Below, in pieces: positions 37,704 through 45,910 of a stretch of 64,000 nt of DNA. A program made the translations under genes and the position numbers. How positions within the stretch are numbered: position 1 is the first letter of the stretch; every line of letters begins with the position of its first letter. This DNA comes from an uncultured Porphyromonadaceae bacterium (GTDB lineage: Bacteria; Bacteroidota; Bacteroidia; Bacteroidales; UBA11471), in the NCBI GenBank assembly GCA_900547555.1, contig URHG01000001.1:53628-117627 (forward strand), in the 5' to 3' direction. Under the pieces are notes generated by a model. The model was given only the letters and a program-made list of their open reading frames with translations, was not told the origin of the DNA and made no database searches.

Positions 37704-38332
37704 TTGACATTCTGACGACCGTAGGAAGGAAGTATTCCTTGTCGAATGGTGCTGCCTTGTCGCTTTACGAACAAATTCCAATTGCATGGGACAGCAAGAT
37801 GCCCGCATTTATCGGGCCGCACGGAGCGAGGGAGAAGGTGGGAAGAGGGCGAGGACTGTTTGAGCGTAGCGAGTTCCGCAGCCCCGACGACGACCGAAGC
37901 GGAGGGCGGGAATACCCGATAACAAGCGGGCGACCTTTCTTGGTAACTTCTTTGCGGCGGGAAAGAAGTTACAGACAACTGTCATTCTGAACGGAACATC
38001 AGTGTAGTGAAGAATCTCTTTCCATATAGTGCCGCCCTACCAACGCTATGTCATTCTGAGATGCGGAGCGTCGAAGAATCTCTTACAAAGTGCGCGTATG
38101 GCATGAGATCCTCATTTGCATTCAAGATGACAGCAGAGATTCCTCGTCAGGCTTGTGCCCTCGCTCGGAATGACATCGCATGTCATTCTGAATGCAGCGT
38201 AAGCGAAATGAAGAATCTCTACCAAAGAACGAAAAAAGAGAGATTCCTCGCATGTGCTCGGAATGACATTGGAGTTAGGGTGGAGATAGCAGTTTGTAAA
38301 TGATGAGATTCCTTATATATGATCGGAATGAC
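37704..38332. repeat. Array 3 of the same palindrome family (~8 copies)
   Basis: Examples are GTCATTCTGAACGGAACATCAGTGTAGTGAAGAATCTC (37981-38018), then GAGATTCCTCGCATGTGCTCGGAATGAC and GAGATTCCTTATATATGATCGGAATGAC near 38240-38332. It lies between the convergent GNAT and GT2 genes. Confidence 0.9.
37754..37980 (+). repeat. Element B, copy 3
   Basis: GCCTTGTCGCTTTACGAACAAATTCCAATTGCATGG...GCCCGCATTTATCGGG (37801-37816) pairs with CCCGATAA/GCGGGC (37915-37931). The terminal hairpin GTAACTTCTTT-GCGGCGGG-AAAGAAGTTAC lies at 37943-37972. Confidence 0.88.
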
Positions 38333-38405
38333 GAACCATGAATACCAAAGAATTTTTCAATGCCCGTAATTGGTGAATTTTATTCTTTCGTCTTACTTTT
38401 TTGTT

Positions 38406-39311
38406 TCATCGGGTTTGCTTCATACGATGATCGAGTCGACAAAGGTAACCCAACTTATAAAAATCAAATGCGCGTAGTTTGGGGTGTTCTCCCAATAAAT
38501 TACGTTTCAGCGATTTTTCGAAGATAGCGAAAAGAAATCTTATCAGAGGTTGCAATCCGGCTCGTTTACACCGTTGCTGTATGTCGAGAATGCGCACATG
38601 TCCTCCCATAAGATTTCGGTAGAGGCAGGCGTTGAGGAGACCTGTTTCCGTTTTTTTCAAAAACGTTTCACTACTATCGAAAATATCGTGAAAAACGGGA
38701 TTGTCGATGTAGCGCATGGCAATGCCCTCCGCTTGTAAATCTTTCCCGTATAGCGTATCTTCGTGGCCGTAGGAGGTCAGTTTTTCATGGAAACGTACAC
38801 GCTCGAATACCGAGCGGGGAATCAGGCAACTGAAACCCGAAAAATGGGTATAAGGGCTCTTGTTTCGTTCGGCGGCCGAGTGTTCTTCCCGAGCCAGTGC
38901 GTAGATATAACGCAAGTTTGCTTTTCCCTCAGCTCCGGTTTTGCCGGGAACACGGAATTTTATCGTACCTCCGATGACGGAGTGGGGTTGTGCTGCATTT
39001 ATATACCGTTCGATGAAATGGCTATCACAAGGCATCAAGTCGCTGTCGAGAAACAGGAAGTATTCGTATCGGGCTTGTGATGCCAGATAATTTCTGTTGT
39101 GAGCTAAACCTCTGTTTTCGGGAAGTTCGATAAAGCGGCAGTTGGGGCATGCGTTTATGGTACGGTTTCCGATTTTACTTGTCTCGTCGGTAGAGCCGTC
39201 ATCACAGACGATGATTTCATAAGGGATATGCAGAGCCTCCGCTTGGTCGGAAAGTACTTGAACGAAAGCAGAGCAATCGAAGTTATAGGTGGGAATCAGA
39301 ATGGAAAGCAT
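38406..39311 (-). CDS. Family 2 glycosyltransferase
   Basis: 301 aa. The N-terminus LSILIPTYN...VCDDGSTD and a later LDSD (DXD) are typical GT2. It starts 11 nt after the OmpA-family gene stop. Confidence 0.8.
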   Translation of the reverse strand: MLSILIPTYNFDCSAFVQVLSDQAEALHIPYEIIVCDDGSTDETSKIGNRTINACPNCRFIELPENRGLAHNRNYLASQARYEYFLFLDSDLMPCDSHFIERYINAAQPHSVIGGTIKFRVPGKTGAEGKANLRYIYALAREEHSAAERNKSPYTHFSGFSCLIPRSVFERVRFHEKLTSYGHEDTLYGKDLQAEGIAMRYIDNPVFHDIFDSSETFLKKTETGLLNACLYRNLMGGHVRILDIQQRCKRAGLQPLIRFLFAIFEKSLKRNLLGEHPKLRAFDFYKLGYLCRLDHRMKQTR

Positions 39312-39322
39312 ACATGCGGGAA

Positions 39323-41299
39323 TTACATCAGTCGGTAATTGGTATCGAGCACACGAAATTCGGTACGGCGGTTCAGAGCATTGGCTATTTCCTGCTGCTC
39401 GGGTGGTAGGGCGAGTATATACTCTTCGGTCAACACATCGCCTTCTTTGAACATCGGATACTCGCGGGCCTGTTTTCGTGTAATGGTACGGGGAAGCGAC
39501 TCTCCGTATCCTTTGGGTGTCAGGCGGTCGGCCGCAACACCGTGTTGTATGAGATAATCGACGACCGCTTTGGCTCGTCGTTCCGAGAGTCGGAGATTAT
39601 AGTCATCGTTTCCTTTCATATCGGTATGTGCGCCCAATTCGATGGATACATTGGGATTGTCTTCGAGCATTTGGATAATTTCATTCAAGGCGGCAGCCGA
39701 TTCGGGGGTAACATCGGCACGATCGAATTCGTAAAACACGTTTTCCACGATGACCGGTTTATTGATAGCGGCCAAGATAAAGTCGAGACCGTAGGTTTCG
39801 TTGCGTTCTTCGGCATCGCTGGTAAATTCTCCCCGGGAGTTGAGAAAACCTTTGCAGCCGGCCATCATGACATAATCTATACCCAGATCGAGCCGGAACT
39901 TGTAAGAGCCGTCTTCTCGGGAATAGGCTTTCTGATTCGACCCGTCTTTTCCGACGATGCGTATGATGGCATTAGGAATGGGTTCTTCGTCCTGATCCAT
40001 TACCAATCCTGTAATCCATACTTCGATGAGAGAAAGTTCAAAGCTGTACAGATGATCGTATCCTCGGGCGTCGTTACGGTTGGAACTGAAAAATCCCGCT
40101 TCTCGACCTGTTTCGAAAGTAATTCCGAAATCATCTCCCGGCGAGTTGATGGGGTATCCGAGGTTTTCTATTTTCCATACGCCGAATTCGTTCATCGTAG
40201 CTTTGAAAAGGTCGAGTCCTCCCATACCGGGGTGGCCGTCCGAGGCAAAATAAAGTGTACTGTCCGATTTTATGTAGGGGAACATTTCATCTCCCGGCGT
40301 ATTGATTTGTACACCGAGATTTTCGACTCCCGACCCCCTTTCGGTGAGGTCTATGCGCCATATATCTTTCCCTCCGTATCCCCCCGGCATGTCCGATACG
40401 AAGTAGAGGTATTTTCCGTCGGGCGAAACAGCCGGGTGTGCGTATGCCGATAAGGTATCTCCGGTAATTTGAAATAGTTGCGGTGCACTCCATTGCGCAT
40501 CGTTTCGAGACGATGTACATATTTCGACCGATGTGTTTACTCCATCTTCATGGCGGGCTCGCGTAAGATACATGGTATTTCCGTCGGGAGAGAACGAGAT
40601 GATGCCTTCGTCATGTTCGGTATTGACACCGCCCTCGGCCAGTTCGGGGCGTTGCCAAGCCCCCTTCTCATCCTTCTTGGAGAAGAATATATCGTTGTTT
40701 TTCAGTCCGGTAATATCGTTTTTTTTATCTCCCGAAGCTTTGTCGTTGGTGGAGCAGAAATAGAGTATGTCATTGGCGCTCCCCAAGAACATGGGGGCAC
40801 ATTCGCTGCGGCGTGAGTTAAAAAGATCAGCACGTTTCACAATGTAGCGAGTAGGATTGGCTTTCCATTCGGCAGCTGCATCGCAACCTCGTATTCCGTT
40901 CTCGCTCATACGGTCTCCGGGTTTCAGTTCGAGAAAGGCTTCATAGTTTTTTTTTGCGTCTTTGTACTTTCCCTGCATTTGTTGGGCGCGGGCCAGATAG
41001 AATAGTGCCATGCTGTCGGGGTAGTGGTAACGGACTGCGTTTTGGTAACCTGCGGCCGACCGAGGTGCGGCATTGAGGCGGCGATAACATTCCCCGATAC
41101 GGAAAGCGATTTGCCCCCGTTTGGCCCGTTCTTTGGCCGGTGTCTTGTTATAGACTTTCCGATATGTAGTTGCTGCGGCAAAATATTCACCCCGTTCGTA
41201 TTGGGCATGAGCCGTACTTAGTTTGGCTCCGCAACCGTAGAGAAGCGATAGTAATCCGATCGAAAAAATAAGCGATAAATAATGCCTCATTCCTGCCAT
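39323..41299 (-). CDS. OmpA-family protein with TPR, PD40/TolB-like beta-propeller repeats and a C-terminal OmpA peptidoglycan-binding domain
   Basis: 658 aa with a lipoprotein-like signal (LLYGC). SPDG-type PD40 repeats are present. The C-terminus NVFYEFDRADV...ELGAHTDMKGNDDYNLRLSERRAKAVVDYL is an OmpA_C domain. Confidence 0.85.
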   Translation of the reverse strand: MAGMRHYLSLIFSIGLLSLLYGCGAKLSTAHAQYERGEYFAAATTYRKVYNKTPAKERAKRGQIAFRIGECYRRLNAAPRSAAGYQNAVRYHYPDSMALFYLARAQQMQGKYKDAKKNYEAFLELKPGDRMSENGIRGCDAAAEWKANPTRYIVKRADLFNSRRSECAPMFLGSANDILYFCSTNDKASGDKKNDITGLKNNDIFFSKKDEKGAWQRPELAEGGVNTEHDEGIISFSPDGNTMYLTRARHEDGVNTSVEICTSSRNDAQWSAPQLFQITGDTLSAYAHPAVSPDGKYLYFVSDMPGGYGGKDIWRIDLTERGSGVENLGVQINTPGDEMFPYIKSDSTLYFASDGHPGMGGLDLFKATMNEFGVWKIENLGYPINSPGDDFGITFETGREAGFFSSNRNDARGYDHLYSFELSLIEVWITGLVMDQDEEPIPNAIIRIVGKDGSNQKAYSREDGSYKFRLDLGIDYVMMAGCKGFLNSRGEFTSDAEERNETYGLDFILAAINKPVIVENVFYEFDRADVTPESAAALNEIIQMLEDNPNVSIELGAHTDMKGNDDYNLRLSERRAKAVVDYLIQHGVAADRLTPKGYGESLPRTITRKQAREYPMFKEGDVLTEEYILALPPEQQEIANALNRRTEFRVLDTNYRLM

Positions 41300-41321
41300 A
41301 TACTTATGCTATAAATATACG

Positions 41322-41329
41322 CAAAAATA
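41322..41329 (-). promoter_or_regulatory. Candidate -7 box (TATTTTTG) for the OmpA-family/GT2 unit
   Basis: TAnnTTTG match 23 nt upstream of ATG 41299. Confidence 0.3.
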
Positions 41330-41407
41330 GCTGTTTTATTGTACTTGGTTACTCTCTTTCTCCATAAAAAAGCCCGGCTTAAATCGCAGGGTTTGATGCA
41401 GAAGCAA

Positions 41408-41983
41408 TTACCGAACCGATAACAGAGAGGCTCGTATGCGGCTGAGTGATTGCGGAGTCATACCGAGGTATGAGGCCAAATGTTTGAGAGGAATTTGTTG
41501 TATCAGTTCGGGCATTTTTTTCAGCAGGCACAAGTAACGTTCTTTTGCTGAGACGGCCCATAAATCGTTCCATTCCGTCTCGGCGTACATGGCGTGCTGT
41601 TCGATGAGACGGCGACCCAGATCGGCCCATGCTTGCGATTGGGAAAACAGCTCGCAGAGGCGGTGGCGGGAAATGCGGCGTGCCCGGCTTCGATTGAGCG
41701 ATTCGATAAAAAGCTTGGAAGGTTGTTCTCCTGCATATCCGGTTACCGAGAAAGCAAGGCTCCCTTCAATGGCAAACCACATGCTCATTTCTATACCGTC
41801 TTTCAACCTGTAAGCTCTCCATACGCCATGACTGACGATATATAGATCGCTGTTTACTTCGCCTTCGTTTACGATTTTCTCGTTCCGAGAAAATTCCACA
41901 GGGACACTTTCCGCCAGAAGCATATCGGCCTCCTGCTGTGTTACACCGTATTTTTGTATGAATTGTTGTACAAATTGCTCCAT
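41408..41983 (-). CDS. Crp/Fnr family transcriptional regulator
   Basis: 191 aa. It has an N-terminal cNMP-binding-like region and a C-terminal HTH (LKHLASYLGMTPQSLSRIR). Confidence 0.8.
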   Translation of the reverse strand: MEQFVQQFIQKYGVTQQEADMLLAESVPVEFSRNEKIVNEGEVNSDLYIVSHGVWRAYRLKDGIEMSMWFAIEGSLAFSVTGYAGEQPSKLFIESLNRSRARRISRHRLCELFSQSQAWADLGRRLIEQHAMYAETEWNDLWAVSAKERYLCLLKKMPELIQQIPLKHLASYLGMTPQSLSRIRASLLSVR

Positions 41984-42024
41984 AGTACGGCAAAGATAGC
42001 CATTTGTGCGGACAGAGAATATGT

Positions 42025-43407
42025 TCAGGTGTTTTTCCTTTTATGCCGGTTATCTTTCATGCGTTCCATAAAGAAAAACGAAAGAATAAAAATGAACGTA
42101 GTAAGTTCGCTGGCCGGGACCGAGAGCCAGATGCCTTTGTGTCCCAGCCATTGAGGGAGCGTAAGAAAATAAACGAGCAGGAACAGCAGACCTCTCAGCA
42201 AGGTGAAAAGTTGTGCCGGTCGGGCGCGCTCTATACTTTGCAGATAGCCGATACATACGATATTCAATGCGAAAAACAGGAATCCCGTGGCGAAGTAAGG
42301 CATACCCGACACGGCTATATGGTAGGCATTGTACCCCGGTTCGAGGAAGAGGGCGATGAGGGGATCGATGGAAAACCATACGGCAAAAGCTGCGAGCAAT
42401 CCGCAAGTTATGGCCGTGTATAGGGCCAGACGGAAGGTGTAACGTACTCTCCGAAAATCGCCTGTACCGTAGTTGTAACTGATTATGGGTTGTGCCGACT
42501 GGGCAATGGCATTGTTGATCATGAAAACCAAAGGAAAACAGTAACAGGCCACACTGAAAGCGGCTACACCATCTTCTCCCAGATAGTGGATAAACACGTA
42601 ATTTCCAACGAGCATCATGCAGGCGATCGCTACTTCGTTGAGCATGGCCGGGGTTCCGATGTTGAGCATATATCCGATATTACGTCGTGTAAGCCTCATC
42701 GAAGTACGGGAAAGTTTAATCCGGTAAAGTCGGAGCGTATAGGAATATTTTGTCGTGTAGATAATAATCATCAGCGAACCGATGACTACACCCGAGTCGA
42801 AAGCCCAAGCGGCGCCGGCGATACCCCAGCCGAGAGGTACTATAAGAATATAGTCGAGTACCAAGTTGACAAGAGCGGGAACGGCGTTGCACCACATGGC
42901 GAAGCGGGGAGAACCGTCAAGACGTATCACGAACATACCGACCTGCAACAACATATAGAATGCCATGAAGGGCAATACGCGATGCAGGTATTCGAGAACA
43001 TAGGGGAGAAGCCGTTCACTGCTGCCGAAAAGGAATGCGAGTTCCCGATCGAATACCAATCCCAATGCCGAGGCGATAAGGGTGAAAAACAAAGAAACCG
43101 AATAGGCTTGCGTTATGTTGATGTTTGCGGCTTTGACGCGTCCCCGGCTGAGGTGTACCGAGGCTACGACCGATACGCCGACACCGAACATCAACCCGAT
43201 ACCGGTTGCCAGCATGAAAAACGGGGCGACGATATTGACTGCCGCCAGTGCGTCGCTTCCTACGAAGCGGCCTACGAATATACCGTCGGTGATTGTCATC
43301 GAAGCGGCAAACAACATACCGACTATTGTCGGGATAAGCATTTGCCGGAATAGCTTCGGAATGTTTTCTTTCCCGAAGTCTATGGCATCTCTTTCATTTT
43401 TCTCCAT
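42025..43407 (-). CDS. MATE family efflux transporter
   Basis: 460 aa with about 12 TM segments. The N-terminus KLFRQMLIPTIVGMLF...TDGIFVGRFVGSDALAAVN is typical MatE. Confidence 0.88.
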   Translation of the reverse strand: MEKNERDAIDFGKENIPKLFRQMLIPTIVGMLFAASMTITDGIFVGRFVGSDALAAVNIVAPFFMLATGIGLMFGVGVSVVASVHLSRGRVKAANINITQAYSVSLFFTLIASALGLVFDRELAFLFGSSERLLPYVLEYLHRVLPFMAFYMLLQVGMFVIRLDGSPRFAMWCNAVPALVNLVLDYILIVPLGWGIAGAAWAFDSGVVIGSLMIIIYTTKYSYTLRLYRIKLSRTSMRLTRRNIGYMLNIGTPAMLNEVAIACMMLVGNYVFIHYLGEDGVAAFSVACYCFPLVFMINNAIAQSAQPIISYNYGTGDFRRVRYTFRLALYTAITCGLLAAFAVWFSIDPLIALFLEPGYNAYHIAVSGMPYFATGFLFFALNIVCIGYLQSIERARPAQLFTLLRGLLFLLVYFLTLPQWLGHKGIWLSVPASELTTFIFILSFFFMERMKDNRHKRKNT

Positions 43408-43506
43408 TGCTCAAATTGATTAAAGGAGTGCAAAGGTACGTTTTTCTTGCGCTTAAAAAATTAACCTATGATAAGAATTTACAAAGCACTTTTTGTTTCC
43501 TATGGA

Positions 43507-43932
43507 CGAGAAGTAAATGAAGATTCTTACTCGATTATTCGGGAGATTGCCACTGTCATTCAGACAACCGTAGGGAAGAAGAATCTCTTTCCATACAGTA
43601 CTGCCCTACCAACGCTATGTCATTCTGAGGAGTGAAACACCGAAGAATATCCTATGAAGTGCGCGTATGGTATGAGATCTTTCTCTTGCATTCGAGATGA
43701 CAGTAGAGATTCCTCACATACGTTCGGAATGACATTGGAAGGGTAAGGGTGGTAAAAACAAAACGGGTGCGTAATTCGCACCCGTTTTTATAGAACTCCT
43801 ACACCGACGGGTTTGGAATGACAGAGTATTCTTTTAGGGATTCCTCGTCGGGTTTATGCCCTTGCTCGGAATGGCAACGTAACGGGAGGAAAAAATTCCC
43901 GTTAGCATACAGAATGACATTCGAGAATCTTG
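43507..43932. repeat. Array 4 of the same palindrome family (~7 copies, some truncated)
   Basis: Examples are GTCATTCAGACAACCGTAGGGAAGAAGAATCTC (43555-43587), GTCATTCTGAGGAGTGAAACACCGAAGAATATC and GAGATTCCTCACATACGTTCGGAATGAC. It lies in the divergent MATE / nucleoside phosphorylase intergenic region. Confidence 0.85.
43762..43789. terminator. Orphan terminator-like hairpin inside array 4
   Basis: AACGGGTGCG-TAATT-CGCACCCGTT has an A-run upstream and TTT downstream. It is not downstream of any annotated gene, because both neighbours diverge from it. Confidence 0.4.
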
Positions 43933-44006
43933 TGCCTCAAAAAAATTCCTACATGTACATTTATAAAAGAAAAATCGGTATATTTAGCCGAATAAATATT
44001 CTCGCT

Positions 44007-44876
44007 ATGAAAACGATTCCTGCATCAGAACTTATTCTCAATTCCGACGGGTCGGTATTCCATCTGCATTTGCTTCCCGAACAATTGGCCGATAAAGTGA
44101 TATTGGTCGGAGACCCCGCCCGTGTCGATACCGTTGCATCGTACTTCGATGAGCGCGAGTGCGATGTATGCAATCGGGAGTTCCATTCGATAACGGGGCG
44201 CTATAAAGGAAAACGGATTACCGTCGTTTCGCATGGAATAGGAACCGATAATATCGATATTGTACTCAACGAACTCGATGCTTTGGCCAATATCGATCTC
44301 TCTACACGGACTGTAAAAAAAACATTACGGCAACTTACGCTGGTGCGCATCGGTACTTCGGGTGGCTTGCAGCCGCATGTTCCTATCGGAACTTATGTGG
44401 TGGCGGAGAAGTCTATCGGGTTCGATGGTGTACTCAATTTCTATGCCGGACGCGATAGTGTGAGCGATTTGGCGTTTGAGAAGGCATTTTGCGATTTTGT
44501 CGGTTGGAATCCGCAATGGGCGGCTCCCTATGTAGTTGATGCCGATGCCGATTTGGTGGCTCGTATTGCCGGCGATGAGATGGTGCGGGGAGTAACCATA
44601 TCGGCCAATGGTTTCTATGCACCGCAGGGACGCGAGTTGCGTCTCCCGCCGGCCGATCCCGATCTGAATCGTAAAATCGAAGCATTCCGTTATGAGGGAC
44701 GTATGATAACCAATTACGAAATGGAAAGCTCGGCGGTAGCCGGTCTTTCCCGCCTCATGGGGCATAAGGCCATGACGGTTTGCTGTATCATCGCCAACCG
44801 TTTGTCCGGTAAAGCCGATGCCGGTTATAAAGGTACGGTCGAGGGTCTTATCGAGCTTGTTTTGCAGCGTATCTGA
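44007..44876 (+). CDS. Nucleoside phosphorylase (PNP_UDP_1 family, uridine/purine phosphorylase-like)
   Basis: Trimmed to MKTIPASELILN (ATG at 44007), because the 63-codon upstream extension lies inside repeat array 4. Family blocks are VILVGDPARV, VVSHGIGTDN, RIGTSGG and YEMESSA. Confidence 0.8.
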   Translation: MKTIPASELILNSDGSVFHLHLLPEQLADKVILVGDPARVDTVASYFDERECDVCNREFHSITGRYKGKRITVVSHGIGTDNIDIVLNELDALANIDLSTRTVKKTLRQLTLVRIGTSGGLQPHVPIGTYVVAEKSIGFDGVLNFYAGRDSVSDLAFEKAFCDFVGWNPQWAAPYVVDADADLVARIAGDEMVRGVTISANGFYAPQGRELRLPPADPDLNRKIEAFRYEGRMITNYEMESSAVAGLSRLMGHKAMTVCCIIANRLSGKADAGYKGTVEGLIELVLQRI

Positions 44877-44951
44877 TACCGTAAACTCCTGTGTCGCGGG
44901 AGGAAAGAGCAGAGAGAATTTAACGTGTTAAAGAGAGACAGCCTGAAAAGT

Positions 44952-45326
44952 ATGAATATCGAAGATTTTAGAAACTATTGTCTTTCGTTCGACGGTGTGC
45001 ACGATAAGATGCCGTTTGGAAAAGCTGTCTCTGAATACGACCGGAACATACTGGTTTTTTATGTGGCCAACAAGTGGTTTTGCTTTGTAAACATAGATGT
45101 GTTTGATTTTTGCTGTATAAAGAGTAATACGGCACAGATTGAAGATCTGCAAAACCGATACGAAGGTATAAAACCGGGGTATCACATGAATAAGAAATAT
45201 TGGATCAGCGTGTGTTTCAATGCCGATGTGCCGGATAAAGAGATAAAAGCGTTGGTGAAACAGTCGTATGATATTGTCGTAGCCTCCTTGTCGAAAAAAG
45301 AAAAGGAGGCTTTACGCACTGTTTAA
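44952..45326 (+). CDS. MmcQ/YjbR family DNA-binding protein
   Basis: Trimmed to MNIEDFRNYCLSF. The YjbR-like pattern is present (HDKMPFG..VFYV..KPGYHMNKKYWISV). Confidence 0.7.
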   Translation: MNIEDFRNYCLSFDGVHDKMPFGKAVSEYDRNILVFYVANKWFCFVNIDVFDFCCIKSNTAQIEDLQNRYEGIKPGYHMNKKYWISVCFNADVPDKEIKALVKQSYDIVVASLSKKEKEALRTV

Positions 45327-45352
45327 GGCCGGATTTAGAGCGACGCTTCCCG

Positions 45353-45784
45353 TTAATGGAAATGGTATATCGGTGTTTGAGTGTTTTCTTGAATATTGTC
45401 GGTAGAGATGTATGTCCGGTATTCGCCGGCCGGCAAGTTGTATATTCTGAAATAGATCATAACATTCCTGTCGAAAGGATCGCTCCAACAAGCATCGCTT
45501 CCGTCGACATTTATCCATAGTTCATTACCTTGCCGTTTTACCGAAATATTTTCCACAGTTTGTGATTTCCTCAGGAAATATGTACTGTAACGACATAAAT
45601 AGGTATCGGTGGAATCATGTTGGTATTGAAATGTGAAACCGATATCGTCTGTCAGATCCATTGTTTTTATGAATTCCGTTTTTAGATCATATACAGGGAT
45701 AATTTCCGTCTCCGCATTTTCCTTTGAACAACTGCATACGACTATCGCGATCAATAAGAGATTTATCGGTTTTATGCGTTTCAT
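45353..45784 (-). CDS. Hypothetical lipoprotein
   Basis: Trimmed to MKRIKPINLLLIAIVVCSC (signal plus lipobox). I recognise no family. Confidence 0.55.
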   Translation of the reverse strand: MKRIKPINLLLIAIVVCSCSKENAETEIIPVYDLKTEFIKTMDLTDDIGFTFQYQHDSTDTYLCRYSTYFLRKSQTVENISVKRQGNELWINVDGSDACWSDPFDRNVMIYFRIYNLPAGEYRTYISTDNIQENTQTPIYHFH

Positions 45785-45860
45785 GATATTTTTTTTATTA
45801 AAACGTATTATTGGTAACAATATTGTATTGTTTTCTATGTTTTTATATATAAAAACAAAT

Positions 45861-45885
45861 GACTCTGTAAATACTTTACAGAGTC
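45861..45885 (-). terminator. Terminator after rng
   Basis: GACTCTGTAAA-TAC-TTTACAGAGTC is an 11-bp stem. On the minus strand the T-rich ATTTGTTTTTAT follows. Confidence 0.55.
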
Positions 45886-45910
45886 ATTTTCCGGGAAAAA
45901 GAGATGGCGG

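Noticed and set aside
37547-38303. Track ORFs 37547..37978, 37616..37990, 37626..37808 and 38007..38303 in array 3
   Set aside because: They are repeat-derived. One also runs backwards through the GNAT terminator.
24558-43932. Whether the four arrays could be CRISPR arrays
   Set aside because: The repeats are imperfect, vary in length and alternate in orientation. The inter-repeat 'spacers' are themselves conserved between arrays. No cas genes or leader are present.
24558-43932. Whether the arrays delimit a mobile genomic island or integrative element
   Set aside because: No integrase, transposase, conjugation genes or tRNA-adjacent att-like direct repeats lie between or beside them. The blocks between arrays 2, 3 and 4 are core housekeeping genes (queA, hisS). 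I could not quantify GC skew without computation.
43818-44006. 63-codon N-terminal extension of the nucleoside phosphorylase ORF
   Set aside because: The extension is encoded by repeat array 4. The homologous part of the protein starts at MKTIPASE (ATG at 44007).
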